Shown here piece after piece: positions 12,898 through 26,252 of a stretch of 64,000 nt of DNA. The translations under genes and the position numbers were made by a program. How positions within the stretch are numbered: position 1 is the first letter of the stretch; every line of letters starts with the position of its first letter. The stretch is from Tubulanus polymorphus (taxonomy: Eukaryota; Animalia; Nemertea), in NCBI RefSeq assembly GCF_964204645.1, contig NC_134035.1, positions 1,798,001 to 1,862,000 on the forward strand. The letters run 5' to 3'. The notes under the pieces were generated by a model that saw only the letters and a list, made by a program, of their open reading frames with translations, had not been told where the DNA came from and made no database searches.

Positions 12898-15800
12898 AAA
12901 CTAGGAATATCCCCGATTCAAATATACCTCTTAAGCCTAATTCTTTCATAGAAAATTGTTTCTTTAATAGTTTCAGAGCATTTCTTTTCTGGTTACAGTG
13001 TTATTAGTAGTTGAATGCACTATTTTAGAGAATAAAATCTAATTTGCTTGAAAATTTTCCTTTGGCATGTGAGCCTATCGCTTTACCGGATGCTAATACA
13101 TTCCGCTGACAAAAGAGTTCTATCAAAAATGTTTTGAAATTCGTTTAAAAAGATGTTCCCCTTCGAAAAACCTTAAACGATAGTAGGATTATTTATATAC
13201 AATGGAATTGTATCAAAAATTGAACGAAATTCGGCTAAGAAAAATATCTTTATTACTCGCATGCCACAGTATGATAGCGAGGCTGAGTAAGATATTTACC
13301 GTACAGTGCTGCCCCGATGAATTACGATAGCGGAATTTTTGTGAACTAAAATAGTGGTGCAAATTTACCGCCGGAATTTAAATTTCCTTATTACGTACAA
13401 TACGGACCAGTGTGTCGCCTAATTCTGATTGAATATGACACTATGAATACGTTCTGAATTTTGTATGATATTGCCTTATTTTTTGATGAAATATTTAATT
13501 CTTTTTAGCTGAAAATCACTTACTTATCATTTAATGTAGTATTTATATACAGAATAACATATTCATTTACATTTTTGAATAATAATTTATCATCAGAATT
13601 GACAAAATGTCCATATTTTTTCTTCGATGTATTCTAATTGCGCGCAAATAATCAGGGAACATACAAACACCTGTCGCTCTCTGCCAGACCATACTAGAAA
13701 TACCCCGATTCAAATTTACTCTTTCAAGTCTTATTCTTTTATAGAAAAATTGTTTGGTTCAAACGTTTCAGAGCAGTTTTCAGAGTTTGAGAATTTTCCT
13801 CGCAATCCGGCCCGCAAATCGGTAATTAGTTCGTCCACTACGGCTGTTTTAAGACTCTGGCAAGCGAGTATTATGTTAGTTAAAACGCTATCGTCATACA
13901 TAGGGGCAGCACTAGACGGTCGAGATTGAATTCATCGCGCTATTTTTACTGCGGAGCGGGCTCAATTCAATCGCTATTTCTTTATTTACAGTGAACTATT
14001 CCCTCAATTGATAAAGACTTTAAAGCCCCGATGATTTTAAATGTACGAATTTTGATATTCGGTAAAAACATAAGAATTCATGATATTTCATGTCCTCAGG
14101 GACGCACAGGGGGACCTCACTCCAGTTGACTTCGCAGACATGTCCGTGACGACACAGTGAGTGAGGCCGGCCCGGCCCTGACTCGACCACTTAGTTACAA
14201 CGGCTTTCTCCCACTGCCACAGGCTGGGCTCTTGTGTAAAACGAGAATCTGTTAATCCAGTGCCGTACTGAAAACTGCTGAAAACTTTTGCTTAAGCCTG
14301 AGTAATTGTACTGTTTTGCTTCCCTTTTCGCCCATCCTCCACCAACCTCTCACCCCATCCTCCCTCAACCTCTCACCCCATCCTCCCTCAACCTCTCACC
14401 CCATCCTCCCTCAACCTCAATTTTAAATTTCATCGAAATCTGATACAAAAAAATATTTGACCGCTGACACTCATTTTGGGGAGTAGCCTACCTTAGATTT
14501 CAATTTCTCTGATACACCGGTAACCAGACTTTACTCTAACTCTGTACGTTTGACTGGTGGCCTCAAATCTATTAAGTTTCATGTATACTTTTTAGGATGT
14601 TTGTCATCATTAGGAACTTCATGTCTATGTTGACGTTTTTGTTTGTTGATCAAGACTCTACATCAGATGAAGTAGATAAATATGTGTTGGCAGTATTAGA
14701 ACTCACCGAGAGGATAAAGAAACAAACAAACGAACACATATTGGGAGAACTTGACTTCAGTTATAGTGAACTTAATGTGCACGAGGACTAGATATGTGAC
14801 ACTACCGATTGGCTATGTTTGATCTAAAAACGGGGCAACTGAAAAAAAATTGCTCGTGGCATCTAGAACCTGTCGTTCTCTCCCAGACGAAACTAGGAAT
14901 ATCCCCGATTCAAATTTACCTCTTAAGCCTAATTCTTTCATAGAAAATTGTTTCTTTAATAGTTTCAGAGCATTTTTTTCTGGTTACAGTGTTATTAGTA
15001 GTTGAATGCACTATTTTAGAGAATAAAATCTAATTTGCTTGAAAATCTTCCTTGGCATGTGAGCCTATCGCTTTACCGGATGCTAATACATTCCGCTGAC
15101 AAAAGAGTTCTATCAAAAATGGTTTGAAATTCGTTTAAAAAAGATGTTCCCCTTCGAAAAACCTTAAACGATAGTAGGATTATTTATATACAATGGAATC
15201 GTGTCAAAAATTGAATGAAATTCGGCTAAGAAAAATATCTTTATTACTCGCATGCCACAGTATGATAGCAAAGCTGAGTAAGATATCTACCGTACAGTGC
15301 TGCCCCAATGAATTACGATAGCGGAATTTTTGTGAACTAAAATAGTGGCGCAAATTTACCGCCGGAATTTAAATTTCCTTATTACGTACAATACGGACCA
15401 GTGTGGCGCCTAATTCTGATTGAATATGATACTATGAAAACGTTCTGAATTTCATATGGTATTGCCTTATTTTTTAGTTAACATATTTAATTCTTTTTAA
15501 CTAAAATTCACTTACTTATCAATTAATATAGTATTTATATACAGAATAACTGATTCATTTACATTGTTGATTGATAAGTTATCATCTGAATTGACAAAAT
15601 GTCCATATTTTTTCTTCGATATGTTCTAATTGCGCGCAAATAATCAGGGAACATACAAACACCTGTCGCTCTCTCCCAGACCATACTAAAAATACCCCGA
15701 GTCAAATTTACTCTTTCAAGGCTTATTCTTTAATAGAAAAATTGTTTGGTTCAAACGTTTAGAGCAGTTTTCAGAGTTTAAGAATTTTCTGCGGAATCCG

Positions 15801-16760
15801 GCCCGCAAATCAGTAATTAGTTCGTCCACTAAAGCCGTTCGAAGACTCTGGCAAGCGAGTATTATGTTAGTTCACGTTTTCAACGCTATCGTTATACATA
15901 GCGGCAGCACTAGACGGTCGAGATTGAATTGATCGAGCTATTTTACTGTGGAGCGGGTTCAATTCAATCGCTAATTCTTTATTTACAGTGAACAATTGAT
16001 AAAGACTTTAAAGCCACGATGATTTTAAATGTACGAATTTTGATATTCGTAAAAAAGATAAGAATTCATACATGATATTTCATTTTCATGTCCTCAGGTA
16101 CACAGACTTAAGGGGGCTCACTCCAGTGACTTCGCAGACACTTCACCACGGCAGTCCAGTGAGGCCGGGACCTACTCAAATTTAGTCTAAATCAGTCAGT
16201 CGTTGTTACTACGAGTTCCGGGTTGTTTGGGGAACGACGGCTAGGTACTAGACTAACAGATACCTCACTCGGTGTCAAAAACTACTTTCTAGCCTACACG
16301 GGCCGCACTACCCTTAGCCGCTTGCATTGCAATGCACATGGTGCAGGCGATAGTTTCACAAATTTTGATGAACTGTTCTTCAACTTCCTCCGGCACCACA
16401 TCTTGTTCAGCTGGTTAAGACCAGCTGACTCGACCAGTTAGTTACACCAGCTTTCTCCCACTGCCACAGGCTGGGCTCTTGTGTAAAACGAGAATCTGTT
16501 AATCCAGTGCCGTACTGAAAACTGCTGAAAACTTTTGCTTAAGCCTTTACTATGTCAGAGTAATTGTACTGTTTTGCTTCCCTTTTCACCCATCCACCCT
16601 CAACCTCTCATCCCATCCTCCCCCAACCTCTCACCCAATTCTCCCTCAACTTCTTACCCCATCCTCCCCAAACCTCTCACCCCATCCTCCCTCAACCTCT
16701 CACCCCATCCTCTCATCCCATTGTCCCTCAATCTCTCATCCCATCCTCCCCCGACCTCTC
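12898..16760 (+). repeat. Direct tandem duplication of a ~2.0 kb unit (12898-14890 and 14891-~16760); unit tail recurs at ~18100-18510
   Basis: CTAGGAATATCCCCGATTCAAAT at 12901 and 14893 followed by long colinear near-identity; both units carry a 23-bp CAACCTCTCACCCCATCCTCCCT minisatellite. Confidence 0.9.
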
Positions 16761-17290
16761 AGTCAGTCTCCCTGTTAATGTGATTTCAATTTTATATTTC
16801 AGGTTTTCCTCTGTCGGGCTGTGGTGTAGTACTCGACGTGGTGGACTTCAACTGAAATTTATCACAGTTTTACTTCTTCAGTCAACTTCCTCCGGACTAC
16901 TAGTGAAACTAGCTGGACTTCTAGTGAACTAACCGGACTATTAGTAAACTTACTGGACTACTATTGAACTTACCGGACTATATGTGAACTAACTGGACTA
17001 TTTAGTCAACTAACCGGACTATAGGGCCTAAGTGGATTGAGAGTCATAAAAAAACAGTCAGTGGTGGACTCCAGGAGGTGTGGAACTCTGTATGTGGATT
17101 TGTGGAACTCGGTGGACTACCATTACTGGTAGACAAGGGCTGGTGAGTGTGTGAGTAGAATTTGTTATAAGTTTCCAAAACAATTATGAGAAAGCAGTTT
17201 ATCTGTAAACACTGTTTACTGCATTTCATGAGAATTGTCAATGGGGTTATTTGAAGCAGCCTGTAATTGTGTAGCAGGAATTATAATTCA

Positions 17291-17430
17291 GGGGGCAGTT
17301 GCATAGTCGTGGCTTAGACTTGAGACCAGTCTAAGACCAACTTAGTTCTATAGCCAATCTAACAACTTAAGACCAGTCTTAAGATTTAAGACCACCTTTA
17401 GACTTAAGTCACGACTGTGCAACTGGGCCC
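17291..17430. mobile_element. Fold-back MITE (GGGGCAGTTGCATAGTCG...CGACTGTGCAACTGGGCCC); inverted copy at ~46683-46808 in an AGXT2 intron
   Basis: Terminal inverted repeats and second copy visible. Confidence 0.75.
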
Positions 17431-18569
17431 AGGGTTTTAGTAAGAGCATCAATTTCTACCTTAAAAATTAATTGAATATTTGACATCATTGAATAAAATT
17501 CGTTTTTGGGCCAAATTTCTCAGGCAAATTTCATCAAAATTAGTGACGAAATTAAGGGGTTCAAAACACGAAATCCTGAATATCTCATTTTAGGTGCCTC
17601 GGATCCAAAATGTAACCTCATATTCGTAGTCAGCACCCCAAAAAACACGTCTGCACTAAGTTTCATTAAAATTGGGCCAAAAAAATATTTTGACTTTGTA
17701 CCCCATTTTTGGGGTGCATATTTTGGGCATTAAAACCCTTATTTGCCCATGAAGATGAATTCCGATTCAAAATCTGATTGCGGATCCGGAATCTACACCT
17801 CAGAATACATATTCCTACCAAATTTCGAAGGAATCAGAGAAAAAAAAGTTTTCGCCAAAAAAACTCCTGGACTAACTAACACCTTAGATTTTTGCCATTT
17901 TTTGCCAAAAAATCGAAACTCTTCGATTTGCTTGAAATTTCAGTCATTTATATTGTCAGGGGTGCTGATTCCAAATCTGCAATCAGATTTTGAATATCTC
18001 GAAAACTCTGGGGTCCAAGGCCTTTTGAAAATTTAGGGGGGTCCCCCAATAATTCGAATTTCTCATTTTCTGGGCCTCAGATCCGAAAAATTCGGAGACA
18101 AAAAATATTTGACCCCTGACAATCATTTTGGGGAGTAGCCTACCTGAGATTGCCATTTCTCTGATACACCAGTAACTTTACTTAACTCTACACTGTGTAT
18201 AACTGATTGGTTGCCTCAAATCTATAAAGTTTCATTTATATCTTTTAGGATGTTTGTCATCATTAGGATGGAATTATTGAAGTTTGTGTTTAATGATCAG
18301 GATCAGATGAACTGGATAAATATGTTTTGGCAGTGTTAGAACTCACCGGGAGGATAAACAAACAAACGAACAAATATTGGGAGAACTTGACTTCAGTTAT
18401 AGTGAACTTTATGTCCACGAGGACTAACTATGTGATGACTTTGCTGCTGATGGGATAAATATCTGTTTGAACTAAAAACTGTAAAACTAAAACTACTGAC
18501 GGCATCTAGAATCTGCCGGATAGAAAACAACGAGGAACATAGAAGTTCAGGTGATATACAATCCCCTCT

Positions 18570-18878
18570 CTGTCTCTTTCTATCATCTCTCATCTCTCAT
18601 CCTCATCTCTCATACTCATCTCCCATACTCATCTCTCATACTCATCCTCATCTCACTCTTTCATCCTCATCTCATACTCATCTCTCATACTCATCTCTCA
18701 TACTCATCTCATTCTCATCTCTCATACTCATCTCTCATACTCATCCTCATCTCACTCTTTCTCATTCTCATCTCATACTCATCTCTCATACTCATCTCAT
18801 ACTCATCTCTCATACTCATCCTCCTCTCATTCTCATCTCATACTCATCTCACTCTTTCATCCTCACTCTGGTCTCATT
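18570..18878. repeat. Degenerate CTCAT/CTCATA microsatellite
   Basis: Continuous (CTCAT/CTCATA/CTCT) units; explains ORF 18551-18898. Confidence 0.95.
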
Positions 18879-19000
18879 CACCATCTACCGGGTTGTGATA
18901 GGAACTAGTTCCTGTCTCGCCCGGTAGATGGCATTATTTTTTTGATAAAATTTGCTTAAGCAATGGATAAATATGAGTTCCCCTGCAGGTTGGCTAGTAC

Positions 19001-19063
19001 GTCCCTATAGCGTAGTGGGTAGGGTGCTGGGCTGCTAGACCAGTGGTTGGTGGTTCAAACCCC
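19001..19063 (+). other. tRNA-like / SINE-head remnant
   Basis: A-box TAGCGTAGTGG and B-box GGTTCAAACCC at tRNA spacing; acceptor stem not intact. Confidence 0.5.
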
Positions 19064-19356
19064 GTATTTTAAATAATATTTTATTGGTTGTTGAATTTTG
19101 ATTTTGTTTTCAATAAAATGTTGAATTTTACTTTTGCAAACAAGCTGTAACAAATTCCTACTTTGAATTTGGAATAAATCCTTTGATTTGTACTTTGCCT
19201 TTGTCCTTTCCTTGAACGTGAGAAGTTGTAAGCGGAGTCCTTTCCGGGGCAAAGTGCCCGAGACAGAGATTTTATTAAAGAGAGCATTTTATATATATAT
19301 GGACGTTTATTTATTTACGTTACTTTTTATAACATGCGGCAAAACGAAATAATGAC

Positions 19357-20005
19357 GAGTAGAGTCTGCGTCTCGAGGTTTGAGGATGGTACTGTAGTCG
19401 GAGTAGAGTCTGCGTCTCGAGGTTTGAAGATGGTACTGTAGTCGGAGTAGAGTCTGCGTCTCGAGGTTTGAGGATGGTACTGTAGTCGGAGTAGAGTCTG
19501 CTTCTCGAGGTTTGAAGATGGTTCTGTAGTCGGAGTAGAGTCTGCGTCTCGAGGTTTGAAGATGGTACTGTAGTCGGAGTAGAGTCTGCGTCTCGAGGTT
19601 TGAAGATGGTACTGTAGTCGGAGTAGAGTCTGCGTCTCGAGGTTTGAAGATGGTACTGTAGTCGGAGTAGAGTCTGCGTCTCGAGGTTTGAAGATTGTAC
19701 TGTAGTCGGAGTAGAGTCTGCGTCTCGAGGTTTGAAGATGGTACTGTAGTCGGAGTAGGGTCTGCGTCTCGAGGTTTGAAGATGGTTCTGTAGTCGGGGT
19801 AGAGTCTGCGTCTCGAGGTTTGAGGATGGTACTGTAGTCGGAGTAGGGTCTGCGTCTCGAGGTTTGAAGATGGTTCTGTAGTCGGGGTAGAGTCTGCGTC
19901 TCGAGGTTTGAGGATGGTACTGTAGTCGGAGTAGGGTCTGCGTCTCGAGGTTTGAAGATTGTTCTGTAGTCGGGGTAGAGTCTGCGTCTCGAGGTTTGAA
20001 GATGT
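19357..20005. repeat. 44-bp minisatellite, about 14.7 highly similar copies
   Basis: Unit GAGTAGAGTCTGCGTCTCGAGGTTTGAAGATGGTACTGTAGTCG at 19357, 19401, 19445...; head to tail, no spacers. Confidence 0.97.
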
Positions 20006-21419
20006 TGCCGTCACTCAAATATTGCCAGCTGAAAAACAAATCGGATAATCGTCAAGCTAATGAAGAAGATTGAATATGCAAAATGCACGGATGGGTATAG
20101 TTTAATATAATTACCTTATCTTAATGTAAAGATACCGAAACAGCAAAATGTGAGTTGATGCGGTTCCCAATGCAGCAGCAGCAGCAGCAGCAGTAGCAGC
20201 AGCAGACTAGTTCAGGACGTTGCGACAAACGAATTGTGTGTACATGTAGTTGTCAGTAGTAGCGAACTGGTTTCGGTTTAACCCTAAAAAGACACAATAT
20301 TCATAATGTATGAATGTGCGCGAAATAGAACATCGGAAATCAGCGACAACAGCAACTCGTCTTCATCAGCAAATTAGCCGTCATCTGTTTGTAGTTGAAA
20401 TCCGACATCAACAGCAGCAGCAACACCAGTAACAGCAGCAGCAGTATCGGGATCTCCTCTGCGATCATCTGCACCATCAGCCGCCAGTCTCATCTTGCGT
20501 TCTCAATCGCTAGGCGTCACAAATTCCTTCACGTTCCAGTCTCTCCTTACATCATCAGCCGCTTATTAGTTGGTTGTTCGCTTGAAGCCACACTTTCTTC
20601 ACGCCTTGTTGCAGAGCTCTTATAGGTTGACCTTCATCGCTGGACATCAGTTCTCGGACTGGCATCGGGCGGCTCGAACCGCGCTTCTAATACCTACGTC
20701 AACCAATCAGCGACGGTGCATCATCGATGCGACCGGATTGGATCAATCAGAAAGCTCGATCGCGCATTCCTGTGACAGACCCGAGTCCGTGACGCTAATC
20801 CGCAAGAACCATTCAATTCGTGCCAAACATTTTCAATGGGGCCTACAGGTCATCGAGTTTAATTCGACTATTCATAGAGGCACACATTGTTAAAGATAGA
20901 AATATCGAATGCTACGATTTTAGCCTAAAATTGTATGCTGAAATTTTATCTAATGGTTTAGATAAACTCCAACAAACTTTAGTGTAGATTTCCCTTCTAT
21001 TTAAGTCTGGTTTGGAACTGTAATACCGGCTTAATTTTACTTTTTTCGAGTTTTGCTTTAGGATATTGAAGTTTGCTTAAGGGTTTGTGCAGTGACGCGG
21101 CACTATTGTGTAGTAGAGCGTATGGCAGGTCTCCAGAGAGTGATTCTCTATTGGATAGAATCGTTTTCAATCCGAATTTATACACAAGTTCACCAGACAT
21201 CGCCGCGTACACATCTTCTTTAACTGAAATCTGGTGACGTTAAAGAATTATCAAAGTTTTATCATCAGTTGAGAAAGAACTGTGATTGATCACCGCGCGC
21301 GCTGCTTGCACCGAATAGTCGCTTGGATTTCTTACGTTCGAGGAATTAAATAAATATAAAAGTTTCCCAAACCCTCACCACTCAACTTAAAATAACAAAC
21401 TAATATTGTAAAAAAGTCG

Positions 21420-21700
21420 AAGCCCCTGGTGGAATTACTCCGCTGCCGGGACCGGTATTGTGGGATAAATAAATAATTCAGCCAGAAACGACTGAATTAA
21501 ACATAATTTACCCCACACCAGTTATTTTGTAGGACTCACGCATTAGCAACCTCATTCCAGGGAGGACAGTGCTGCGCGTAGCCACCGTCCGCTTACCGGA
21601 GCTCATTGCCACATCCTGACCCGCCTCCTCCGAGACTCGAACCTGGGCCACAGCGGTGACACGCAAGTCGCCTACCGACTACGCCATCCGGTCCGCCCGA
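21420..21700 (-). mobile_element. tRNA-derived SINE
   Basis: Minus strand starts GGGCGGACCGGATGGCGTAGTCGGT (A box)...GGTTCGAGTCT (B box), followed by a non-tRNA GC-rich body; 3' boundary approximate. Confidence 0.65.
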
Positions 21701-23547
21701 TTGTGACAGGAAAACATTCGAACATATTCCACGGCCATTCACATTCGGACGCCACAATGGTCAAACGCCGTGACGATGTCGACTCTGACTGAAATCGTCC
21801 GTTTCTGAGCAAATTTGAATTTCGCAGCTACGGTACCACTGGGGTACACATCACTAGATTTCTAGGAATTCATACAATGCTTTCTTTGAAAAAAAAAACA
21901 ACATACTCATTTATTCAACTTTTTAAGACGCTTAAAATCTAGACGATAAATATATTTCAAATGTAATTTAAACATGAACACGAAATCCGGATTTCTCTAC
22001 GCCCCACGCCCGGGACGGAGGAGCGCCAGCAGCGACTGACTAAACAAAACAGAAGGTCATTTCTGACCAAACGATATACGTAAGGCTGGTGGTCCTATCA
22101 TTCACGATGATTTTGGCTACGACAGTTTACCACCAGTACAAAACATAGAATTTCCTGAGTTTGATTTAGATGTAGACAGTCTACCAACTGTCGATACAAA
22201 CACTGATTATGACGCCCACGGATCCAATATCGATGTAGACTGCCTACCAGATTTCGATACGCGGCCTAACTCTACCTATGACGTCACTATGTTGATACGG
22301 AGGAGGTCTCTTTCTCCGAGGAAGAACAGACTGAAGAAACTTTAAATATCGAGGAGGAATTGTTACAGAATTTACCACCAGTTTTCGTGATTATAAAATT
22401 GAATATGATTAACACGCACTTTTAAACAGAGCATTAAAGCTATTCTCTTTTATTATAAATGATCGTATTTTGTTGGAATGTACAGTTTTCAGATGAGATC
22501 ATTTTGATTTTCAATAATCGTGGATCAAGTTCAATCTGAGTCTTTGATTGTAAGATACAATAATTTTCGCTAACTTCCAAATAATGATTAACAACCCGGA
22601 TTTGAGTAATATTGACATTTACAGGAACCGTTAAAGCTGAGAGATAGAGCAATCCGGGATACAACAATTTTATGCAGCGAACAGTAAAATCAATCAGACA
22701 CTCATGACTAATTAGGTTCTTGGTGAAAATGGCTGCTGGATCCATGGTCATTAACAGATTGCTGCATATACTAATTTCTATTGGTTCGATACCTGGGTTT
22801 TAATGGCTATTTAAAAACACGTTAGCACTCAGTGCACGTTAGTGTATAGCTTATGATTGAATCTCAACATTTCACCCTTGAGCAAACGGTCTACCAACCT
22901 TACACCCCAAAAAATCAATTACATTTATAGTAAACGAATAATCAATTATCTTTCAATATCACTTTAATCAAATTTAATATTTTGGAAACTTATAAGAAAT
23001 TCTACTCACACATTCACTAGCCGCTGTCTAATATAAATCTAATCTTATCTAATATTAGCAGTAATGGTAGTCCACAGAGTTCCACAAATCCACATACCGA
23101 GTTCCACACCTCCTGGAGTCCACCACTGACTGTTTTTATGAGTATCAATCCACTTATAGTCCGGTTAGTTGACTAAATAGTCCAGTTAGTTCACATAAAT
23201 TCTGGTTAGTTCACTAGTTGTCCGGAAGAAGTTGACGGAAGAAGTAAAACTGTGATAAATTTCAGTTAAAGTCCACCACGATAATTGTCATTGTTTCACT
23301 TCAAAGAGCGATCGCATTTGATTATTATTCCGATGAACACGTATTGTCCGATCAAATATCTTTACGAGTCTCACAATAAGAGCGGAACGAATAAAACAAT
23401 GATAACAACCAATATAAAATATCAATTATGATTAATTTATGTTTATTTTTGAAAATGGTTACGAACAGAACAGGAATCCGACTCACCTCACAGTTTTAAT
23501 ATCATAGGATAAATGAACCCTAGTCAACGCTTATAACACTATCACTT

Positions 23548-23707
23548 AGTGGAACCTCGTTACAGCGAACTCTACGGGACCGGAAAATATGTTCGTTATG
23601 ACCGATAGTTCGTTATGTCCAGTTTAATTAGGGACAAAATTCTATATTTGTTATTATCCGATGAATCTTAATTGTATACGAGTTCGTTGTAACGAGGTTC
23701 CGCTGTA
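23548..23707. mobile_element. Tc1/mariner-like MITE
   Basis: AGTGGAACCTCGTTACAGCGAACTC ... GAGTTCGTTGTAACGAGGTTCCGCT inverted termini; partial copy at ~2381-2405. Confidence 0.75.
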
Positions 23708-25216
23708 ATACACATGTTCTCATTAAGGCTTTTATCAATTAGCGATCACATTTGAAAATCATTCCGATCAACATTGTTCGAACGTATAATCGCACGAGAA
23801 TACACACGTTTATATTCTATGATCAAAGTTCTTACATTGATCGCTGCAGTTTTCATCCAGATGTGAACGATGAGTTTAAATGTACGAGTTAAAAACAGGA
23901 ATCAGTTTACAAACAACAAACAGGAATCCAACTTTACAACCGCGGTTTGAAAATAAATCATATCTTATCAATATCGCACGTAATGTAACATAAGTCTGTT
24001 TCACTTCAAAGAGCGATCGCGTTTGATTATTATTCCGTTGAACACGCGCATTGTCCGATTCACTATCAGATTATTATATCCCGATATTGCACTAGTTTAT
24101 TCCTTACAGATTTCTTAGCCTCACAATCTTCAACGAAATCCAGCATTTATTCGGCGAGTATTCTGCGATAACAGTTTTGACTGATCGTTGCAGTTTTGTA
24201 AATCCAGATGTGAACGATAAGTTGATGGTTCAGATGAACTCGTATTCCAAAAAATGAATCCCATAGTTGCAGCTGCTTTGAGTCTCGGGGCTCGTATTGT
24301 ATTTGAAGTTTGATGGTGAACTGTAGCGATCCAGTCTCCCGCCCTGTGCTTTGAGCTAATATTCCGCAATCGCTACAACTAAAACGTAAGCCTGGCCCAA
24401 CTTCGGTTATCTGGGCAACTATATAGTCGAACTAAGTGAAACCGAATACCGTCAGTTAGTCGGAACTATATTCCGGAAATAGTTCGGAAATTAGGCGTAT
24501 TCGGTTATAGTTGCGACCACTAGTCGAATAGATACGAAATTTGGCCCTGTCCGTGTGTCGTATGATAACCATTGTACTGAATGTAGCTGGACACGTACCG
24601 GTCACGGTCACGGTTTAGTTAATAGTGCGCGACGCTGCTGGGCGTTGATCTAATCATGCGACTTGTAAACTTCTGAACTGAAAAATATGATTTATAATTT
24701 GTTTATACATAAAATCAAAAAATTCAGCGTATTTCTAATACAATACACGGGTTGGTCCCAGAAAACGGTCAATTCTAAAACATCTAGCAATATTAAGATA
24801 CACACGCACCGTATTGAAGACTCATTTCCGCCATACCTCATAGTGAAACATTCTGAAACAAAGTGTCATTTCTCGACCTATTCAGAAATATCAGAGAAAT
24901 TGAAATAAAGAACAATACAAAATGCACTAGACTCCGGCTTGTAAATCGCTGGAGCTGGTGTATTTCTTACAGCAGATTTTCGCGAAAACTTTCAAATTCT
25001 TTTATCGTCAACGCAGGGAAGTATCTCCAGTCTCTGGCAGTAAACGAGTCTGATTAGTAAAATGCCGGTACGGATTTTCCTCAACCCGAAATACAGCAAT
25101 ATTTCTAGATACGTGAAGATTCTAATAAAATTTATTTAAAAAGTTCCGTGAAAGTTGTGAGGGTACTAAAAGTTATAAACAAGTAAAATGTCTAAATGTG
25201 TAACCGTAATATGTGT

Positions 25217-26215
25217 AACCGTGTATATTTTTTGTATTACAGCAAGTACAGAGGCACTGTTTGCATATCGATGCCTCGTTCCAGATTTTTGATGCACTAG
25301 TCGGTTCAATAGTTTGGTAGCGAGGTTTGGGGTTTTATCAATTTTGATGCCGTTGAAAAAATTCATTTAATGTTTTGTAAGTATCTCGCGAAGCTGAAAC
25401 GCGCTACACCAAGTGCAATGGTATACGGAGAGCTAGGGCGATTCCCTATCCAAAATCAAATAAGAATAAAAATGGTTAAATTCTGGGGCCATCTCATCAT
25501 GCATGAGTCGTCTCACTCTGGGAAAATGTATAGAGTTTTGCTAAATAATCATGTTAATGGCAATAATAGTAAATGGATATCATGCGTAAAATCAACGTTA
25601 GAAAATTGTGGCCTAGGTTACATTTGGTACGAGCAGTCCTTCCCAAACATTCGATATCTAACGGAGTTAGTCAAACAACGACTAAAGGATGGTTTAAACA
25701 AAATTGGCATCAATCTCTCGAATATTACTCAAAATTAGACACATATCGTAGCATTAAATTAGAATGGGGAACAGAGCAATTTTTACTTAAACTACCAATG
25801 GATTTACGTTTGGCTCTTATCCGATTTAGATGCTCTAATCACCCGCTACCTATTGAAACTGGTAGATACCAAAACATACCAAGGGGCGATCGCTTATGTA
25901 CCAAATGTAACCTAAACAAAATTGGTGAGGAATTCCATTATGTTTTGGAATGTAACTACTTTTTTAACTTGCGAAATGCGTATATACCCGAATTTTTCAC
26001 AGTAAACCCAACTACCTACAAATTTAGGAAATTATTCAACACAAATGATAGAAATGTGATAAGAAAACTTGCAGTTTATGTTAAAATATTATGTAAAAGT
26101 ATGTAAAATCTTATTTCTATGTATATGACTGTTGTTTTTGTGCTCGAAAAATTATGTACAATTTGGAGCAATAAGGAATAAATGTAAATGGAAATTGAAA
26201 TGGATCAATAAGTTA
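25217..26215 (+). mobile_element. 5'-truncated non-LTR retrotransposon (RTE-X-like), C-terminal ORF2 with frameshifts
   Basis: Peptides FCKYLAKLKRATPSAMVYGELGRFP and RFRCSNHPLPIETGRY..RLCTKC..EEFHYVLEC; AATAAA plus TGAAAT-type tail; 16-bp TSD TAACCGTAATATGTGT at 25201-25216 and 26216-26231. Confidence 0.88.
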
Positions 26216-26252
26216 TAACCGTAATATGTGTGAATCCAACTTGAAATCATTG

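Noticed and set aside
16535-16932. Pro/Ser-rich ORFs
   Set aside because: Translation of the 23-bp C-rich minisatellite
18551-18898. Hydrophobic 115-aa ORF
   Set aside because: Translation of the CTCAT microsatellite
19357-20005. CRISPR-like array
   Set aside because: Units are contiguous with no unique spacers, there are no cas genes and the context is eukaryotic; it is a minisatellite
19307-20039. 235- and 239-aa ORFs as proteins
   Set aside because: Both arise from a 44-bp unit lacking stop triplets on one strand; non-ATG starts, no domain
21625-21700. Functional tRNA genes (here and at 19001-19063)
   Set aside because: A/B boxes present but no complete cloverleaf; treated as SINE-type heads
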